The position numbers and the translations under genes were made by a program. The notes under the pieces were generated by a model. The model was not told the origin of the DNA and made no database searches. It saw nothing but the letters and a program-made list of their open reading frames with translations. Shown in pieces: positions 61,327 through 64,000 of a stretch of DNA of 64,000 nucleotides (position 1 is the stretch's first letter; every line of letters starts with the position of its first letter). Source of the DNA: Octopus sinensis (taxonomy: Eukaryota); assembly GCF_006345805.1 (NCBI RefSeq), contig NC_043006.1:11284001-11348000 (forward strand), given 5' to 3'.

Positions 61327-63102
61327 ATAGAGACAAGTGTAGGCCTATGGTAGCAGACATAGCTGTATGTGATTAAGAAGTTGCTGCCCAACCACATTCA
61401 TAGTGTTTTGATGTTATTTGCTTAGACATCAGTTGGGTTTCTACTGCTGACACAGTACTTCGGATGCTAGCTGGAGTTTCAGCCTCTCAAAAGTAGTAGC
61501 CATGTAATAGTCAACCTTATAAATTTGACCTTAAAAAATTGTCCAAAATATTTAATTTTACACGAGTATATATAGTATTACATGTATATAAAAATTAGAA
61601 GAAAACCACCTTTTATCAATTCAAAATGAACAATTAAATTACACCATCTAGAAAATTACATATAACAGAAATATAAAAAATAAAATAACAGTAATATACC
61701 GATGATTAAGTAAATTGCAAAATAATAAATAAAAACGTATATATTTGGTAGAATAACGACACGTGTTTCATGGCTATATTTAAATTTCACAAAATATATT
61801 ATATTTTGTGAAATTTGATTTAGTATTTCTAAATTGAATTTTTCCCTGTAAGATAGGAATAATATTCCCTCAAATAATTATTATATATATATATATATAT
61901 ATGAACACCTCCAAGACATCCGCCTCACCAATGACACTGCAGTCTCACGCCATTTCCGCTCCACCGGTCACTCTTTGCAACACCTGTCTGTGTTCGGATT
62001 CTCCTTGCACAGAGCCATCCGGATTCCCGCTTGCGCCGTGAACAGGGATTAATCTTCTCTCTTCACTCTTTTACGCCATTTGGGCTCAACTCTCCCCCCT
62101 TTTCATCTACCCCCCCCCGCCGACTCCTACTTCTCTTCAGTCCTTCATCTTTTCACCCCTACTCTCTTTCCCTTCTCTTCCTTTCTTTCCCTCTTTCTCT
62201 CTGCTACCTCACTCCCCCTCCTCTTACTCTCCCCCCCATCCCCAGCCGAACCCACACCCCACCTGGGCTTTCCCCACTCTCGCCTCCCCCACCTCCCCAC
62301 ATCACACCACACTGCACTACACCATACAACATTACACATCACATCACAATACACCACTCACACACCCACACACGTCCAGACCACCAGCCCTCTTTCACAC
62401 GCACATACATACTCTCTTATACACACACGCACCTTTGTGTTGGGGGCACCTTCGTTTTGGAAGTCACTTGACCCTGTTATCTCCCCTACTGTCCCTCTCG
62501 CGTCTGACCACTGTCCGAAGTCAGGACGCCATGATAGATCGTTAGCCCCTACACGCATTTTTTCTCTCCTTGTTTCTTTTCTGTGTATCTTTCTGTCGAA
62601 GAGCGTAGGCTCGAAACGTAAAAGACTTGTTCTATTTCTATTCCTGAGCGCTATACTAATACATTTGTTTGTTTGTACTCCACCTGCCTTCGTCTTTTGT
62701 TTATTTTCGTAAACCTTCCCGTTATATATATATATATATACTGGTGATAGCTCAGCTGGCCAAAACTTCAAAGTCACTGCCGATACTATTCTTGTTAAAG
62801 AATAAATTTTTACTCTACCAAATGTATTTAGTAACCCTTCAGTTTAATAATTAAATCAAAGATGTATGTCTATGTATGTTTTTTTCTTTTTGTGTTGAAC
62901 TATAACAGCTCTGTTGCAAATGCAAACAACACACTCTCCAATTGAATCTCTTTACCAAATGAAAAGAGAGATAAACCCTAAGATGTGTTACTGACCTTTG
63001 CTCTTTGATTTTCAGGCTCCAACTTGAGAACAGTCTTTAGATCACAGAGAGATTTGTTATATTCTTTATTTTCTTTATAAGCAGAGGCTCGTCTGAGGAG
63101 TG
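35343..63102 (-). CDS. SPAG1: Sperm-associated antigen 1 (TPR co-chaperone / dynein arm assembly factor), last 13 coding exons; 5' exons lie beyond the window
   Basis: Exons 63102-62996, 60143-59453, 57259-57085, 55454-55374, 53229-52893, 48646-48539, 48051-47962, 46780-46667, 45193-44971, 43761-43540, 41487-41413, 40488-40393, 35437-35343. All introns GT..AG, phases compatible, 2414 nt open to TAA. Three TPR clusters (ALLRRASAY; [26 protein letters not shown]; [24 protein letters not shown]) plus RPAP3-like C-terminus ([29 protein letters not shown]) match SPAG1; RPAP3 has only two TPR domains. Confidence 0.88.
36048..37618 (+). mobile_element. Decayed full-length mariner DNA transposon
   Basis: 21-bp TIRs ttgggtcagcccataaataat (36048-36068) and attatttatgggatgacccaa (37598-37618), one mismatch; right flank TA, left flank CA (mutated TA TSD); transposase pseudogene inside. 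Confidence 0.9.
36231..37217 (+). pseudogene. Mariner (DD34D) transposase pseudogene
   Basis: [16 protein letters not shown] start, then [50 protein letters not shown] across several frames with stops and frameshifts. Confidence 0.93.
39879..40273 (-). mobile_element. SINE S2
   Basis: Full-length reverse-complement copy; truncates the foldback fragment at 39501-39880. Confidence 0.9.
40393..40488 (-). CDS. SPAG1: SPAG1 exon (C-terminal domain)
   Basis: ttacag|AT TCT...TCT G|gtaagg; [32 protein letters not shown]. Confidence 0.9.
41413..41487 (-). CDS. SPAG1: SPAG1 exon (C-terminal domain)
   Basis: tttcag|TA ATT...AAA G|gtaagt; [25 protein letters not shown]. Confidence 0.9.
41520..42535 (+). 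mobile_element. RTE-clade LINE reverse transcriptase remnant, interrupted
   Basis: [23 protein letters not shown] (41565-41640) and [34 protein letters not shown] (42355-42520); YADD destroyed; split by the 41770-42119 insertion. Confidence 0.8.
41770..42119 (+). mobile_element. RTE-type (GAT)n-tailed non-autonomous retroelement (family R)
   Basis: Internal ~60-bp repeats gtggcacgtaaaaagcacc, core ttaggaagggcatccagctgtagaaac, tail ggacgttaaac(gat)n. Other copies: + 37247-37587, 38570-38931, 58880-58985, 63662-63877, 63885-64000; - 45931-46262, 49737-50056, 51799-52133, 56155-56550, 58171-58500. Confidence 0.8.
42730..43055 (-). mobile_element. SINE S4 (tRNA-like head, central ttgtgcccttgagcaagacacttta motif)
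   Basis: Homologous to 8515-8820; related heads at 50815-51000 and 55678-55860. Confidence 0.75.
43540..43761 (-). CDS. SPAG1: SPAG1 exon (start of RPAP3-like C-terminal domain)
   Basis: gctcag|GT AAA...ATG G|gtaagt; GKVPEG...[15 protein letters not shown]...[15 protein letters not shown]. Confidence 0.9.
43964..44336 (-). mobile_element. Short non-autonomous Helitron (family H2)
   Basis: Reverse complement of 27981-28348; inserted at A|T in the (ATT)n tail of a CR1-like LINE. Confidence 0.82.
44338..44720 (-). mobile_element. 3' end of a CR1-like LINE (same family as 25007-25466)
   Basis: Reverse-complement match over about 380 bp; tail interrupted by a Helitron. Confidence 0.85.
44971..45193 (-). 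CDS. SPAG1: SPAG1 exon (linker)
   Basis: ttccag|GAG...GAG G|gtaatt; [13 protein letters not shown]...[14 protein letters not shown]...KKSE. Confidence 0.85.
45308..45612 (-). mobile_element. SINE S3
   Basis: Reverse complement of 22906-23216. Confidence 0.9.
46667..46780 (-). CDS. SPAG1: SPAG1 exon (TPR domain 3 end)
   Basis: ttgcag|CTA...AGA CAG|gtacag; [38 protein letters not shown]. Confidence 0.92.
47001..47894. mobile_element. Non-autonomous DNA element with ~265-bp TIRs (CGGATC termini) and internal (TAACCC)-like repeats
   Basis: 47001-47264 mirrored at 47633-47894; partial copies at 39501-39880 and 58985-59197. Confidence 0.85.
47962..48051 (-). CDS. SPAG1: SPAG1 exon (TPR domain 3)
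   Basis: ttacag|GCT...AAC AAG|gtaatt; [30 protein letters not shown]. Confidence 0.92.
48254..48491 (-). mobile_element. SINE S1
   Basis: Reverse-complement full-length match, about 50 bp from a SPAG1 splice donor. Confidence 0.88.
48539..48646 (-). CDS. SPAG1: SPAG1 exon (TPR domain 3)
   Basis: ttgcag|GAG...AAT AAG|gtaagt; [36 protein letters not shown]. Confidence 0.92.
49375..49665 (-). mobile_element. AT-rich PLE-type end, family HH4
   Basis: Homologous to 52430-52820, 61590-61890 and more distantly 15360-15620; carries a hammerhead motif. Confidence 0.65.
49533..49636 (-). ncRNA. Type I hammerhead ribozyme, canonical core (family HH4)
   Basis: UAAC-CUGAGGA-GUGGCUAUAUUUA[long loop]UAAAUAUAGCCAC-GAAA-CACGUG-UC/GUUA: intact core, 13-bp stem II, self-complementary stem III, GUC triplet, 4-bp stem I. 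Confidence 0.8.
52893..53229 (-). CDS. SPAG1: SPAG1 exon (linker and start of TPR domain 3)
   Basis: tcaaag|A TGC...AAA GAA|gtaagt; [19 protein letters not shown]...[17 protein letters not shown]. Confidence 0.9.
53543..53884 (+). mobile_element. Short non-autonomous Helitron (family H2), hairpin collapsed
   Basis: Same body as 27981-28348; ends gcactagcactatgtgCTAG|T; an extra 5'-end fragment precedes it at about 53473-53525. Confidence 0.8.
54849..55247 (-). mobile_element. Two adjacent SINE S1 copies
   Basis: 54849-55066 and 55071-55247, each with its own head. Confidence 0.85.
55374..55454 (-). CDS. SPAG1: SPAG1 exon (TPR domain 2 end)
   Basis: ttttag|A TAT GAT...TCA AG|gtttgt; [27 protein letters not shown]. 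Confidence 0.88.
57085..57259 (-). CDS. SPAG1: SPAG1 exon (TPR domain 2)
   Basis: ttccag|AA AGC...GAA AA|gtaaga; [26 protein letters not shown]...[14 protein letters not shown]. Confidence 0.92.
57431..57935 (-). mobile_element. SINE S2 with internal insertion
   Basis: Full-length reverse-complement copy; extra ~80 bp at 57670-57750. Further S2 copies or fragments at 29849-30155, 32900-33050 + 34031-34250, 35575-36046, 37621-37880, 51060-51290. Confidence 0.85.
59221..59355. repeat. Degenerate (TACTAA)n hexamer array
   Basis: Direct reading; lies about 100 bp into the intron after the large SPAG1 exon. Confidence 0.9.
59453..60143 (-). CDS. SPAG1: SPAG1 exon (long charged linker and start of TPR domain 2)
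   Basis: ttgcag|CAA...CAA G|gtaagc; QILSVVEKN...[30 protein letters not shown]. Confidence 0.9.
60327..60990 (-). mobile_element. Penelope-like element fragment (second family), GIY-YIG C-terminus and partial hammerhead core
   Basis: [38 protein letters not shown] (R.I.EA..I....PSLN pattern) at about 60800-60925; downstream CUGAUGA-GGUCA...UGGCC-GAAA at 60369-60327. Confidence 0.65.
61903..62730 (+). mobile_element. Penelope-like element 3' fragment: GIY-YIG endonuclease C-terminus plus hammerhead-bearing end
   Basis: [32 protein letters not shown] then, after a frameshift near 62015, [24 protein letters not shown]: the typical PLE EH...V..HF...H...R..EQ.LIF.L....P.GLN pattern; ends cttcccgt(TA)n. 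Confidence 0.8.
62588..62625 (+). ncRNA. Minimal hammerhead-like motif with variant core (family HH1)
   Basis: UCUUU-CUGUCGA-A-GAGC-guag-GCUC-GAAA-CG-UA/AAAGA; copies at 6101-6143 and 51407-51444 (-) also have U at core position 6. Confidence 0.6.
62996..63102 (-). CDS. SPAG1: SPAG1 exon (end of TPR domain 1)
   Basis: tag|CA CTC CTC AGA...GCA AAG|gtcagt; (A)[35 protein letters not shown]; missed by the ORF track. Confidence 0.88.
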
Positions 63103-63346
63103 CTACAACAAAAAACATACAATTCACTTCATTACTGAACATCACAGCAGTTCCTAATATTAACCCTTTAGCATTCAGATGCTTCTGTTAAACGTAACAC
63201 TTGTTCATTCACAATCTCGCTTGGCCAGACAGGTCTTCTCAAGCACGGTATATTGCCAATGGTCTCAGTAACAAGTGACCAAGACCTTTGGTAATATACT
63301 GTGCTGGAGAAGACCTGTCAAGCCAAGTGAGATCATATTCATAGCT

Positions 63347-63650
63347 GTGGAGGCACATGGCCTAGTGGTTAGAGCAGCGGACTCGCGGTCGAGGGATCAC
63401 GGGTTTGAATCTCAGACCGGGCGATGTGTGTGTTTATGAGCGAAACACCGAAGCTCCACGCAGCTCCGGCAGAAGGCAATGGCGAACTTCTGCTGATTCT
63501 TTCGCCACAACTTTCTCTCACTCTTTCCACCTGCATCTTGCAGCTCACCTGCGACGGACCGGCATCCCATCCAGGTGGGGAAACTATATGCCAAGGAAAC
63601 CGGGAAACTGGCCCTTATGAGCCAGGCATGGCTCAAAAAGGAACAAACAA
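63347..63650 (+). mobile_element. SINE S3
   Basis: Full length; imperfect TSD ata(t/g)tcatagct. Confidence 0.9.
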
Positions 63651-64000
63651 ATAGTCATAGCTGATGCTGGTGTTATGTAACTGACACTGATGCCAGTGGC
63701 ATGCAAAAAGCACTCACTACACTCTTGGAGTGGTTGGCATTAGGAAGGGCATCCGGCCATAGAAACACTGCCAAATCAGGCTGGAACCTGGTGCAGCCCT
63801 CCAGCTTACCAGCTTTCAGTTAAACTATCCAACCCATGAAAGCATGGAAAACGGACGTTAAATGATGACGATGATTGTTTTGAGCGTTTAGGAAGGGCAT
63901 ACAGCTGTAGAAACACTGCCAGATCAGACTGGAGCTGGTGCAGCCTCCTGGCTGCCCAGACCCCAGTCGAACCGTCCAACCCATGCCAGCATGGAAAACA

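Noticed and set aside
62031-62777. Long overlapping ORFs (146, 210, 139 aa)
   Set aside because: Only the first ~25 codons of 62031-62471 are PLE endonuclease; the rest is C/T-rich non-coding spacer

Overview
Eukaryotic, intron-rich, AT- and microsatellite-rich genomic DNA. The repeat complement and 5S sequence suggest an octopus or other coleoid cephalopod (inference). Almost all ORFs in the supplied track are microsatellite artefacts. Two real genes converge. (1) The terminal coding exon (3144-3524, +) of a Cys-loop anion-channel subunit of the GABA-A beta/Lcch3 type. (2) The last 13 coding exons (35343-63102, -) of SPAG1, which I spliced by hand with GT-AG sites and consistent phases (end of TPR domain 1, TPR domains 2 and 3, RPAP3-like C-terminal domain, stop at 35343-35345). 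The rest is transposon debris: several tRNA-headed SINE families, an RTE-type (GAT)n-tailed element, CR1/L2-, RTE- and Tx1-like LINE remnants, a decayed mariner, four non-autonomous Helitrons, several foldback/MITE hairpins, a 5S rRNA orphon and a 100-N gap. The most interesting unannotated signal is at least five sequence families of minimal type I hammerhead ribozyme motifs, at more than a dozen loci. They sit on Penelope-like element (PLE) ends next to (TA)n tracts, two of them downstream of GIY-YIG remnants. They include a fully canonical one in sense orientation inside a SPAG1 intron (49533-49636) and a family with a non-canonical CUGU(N)GA core. A SINE that recurrently forms head-plus-(body)n multimers with an identical junction, including a 5-mer with higher-order structure, is the second notable system. 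No computation or database search was run; all alignments and folds are by eye.
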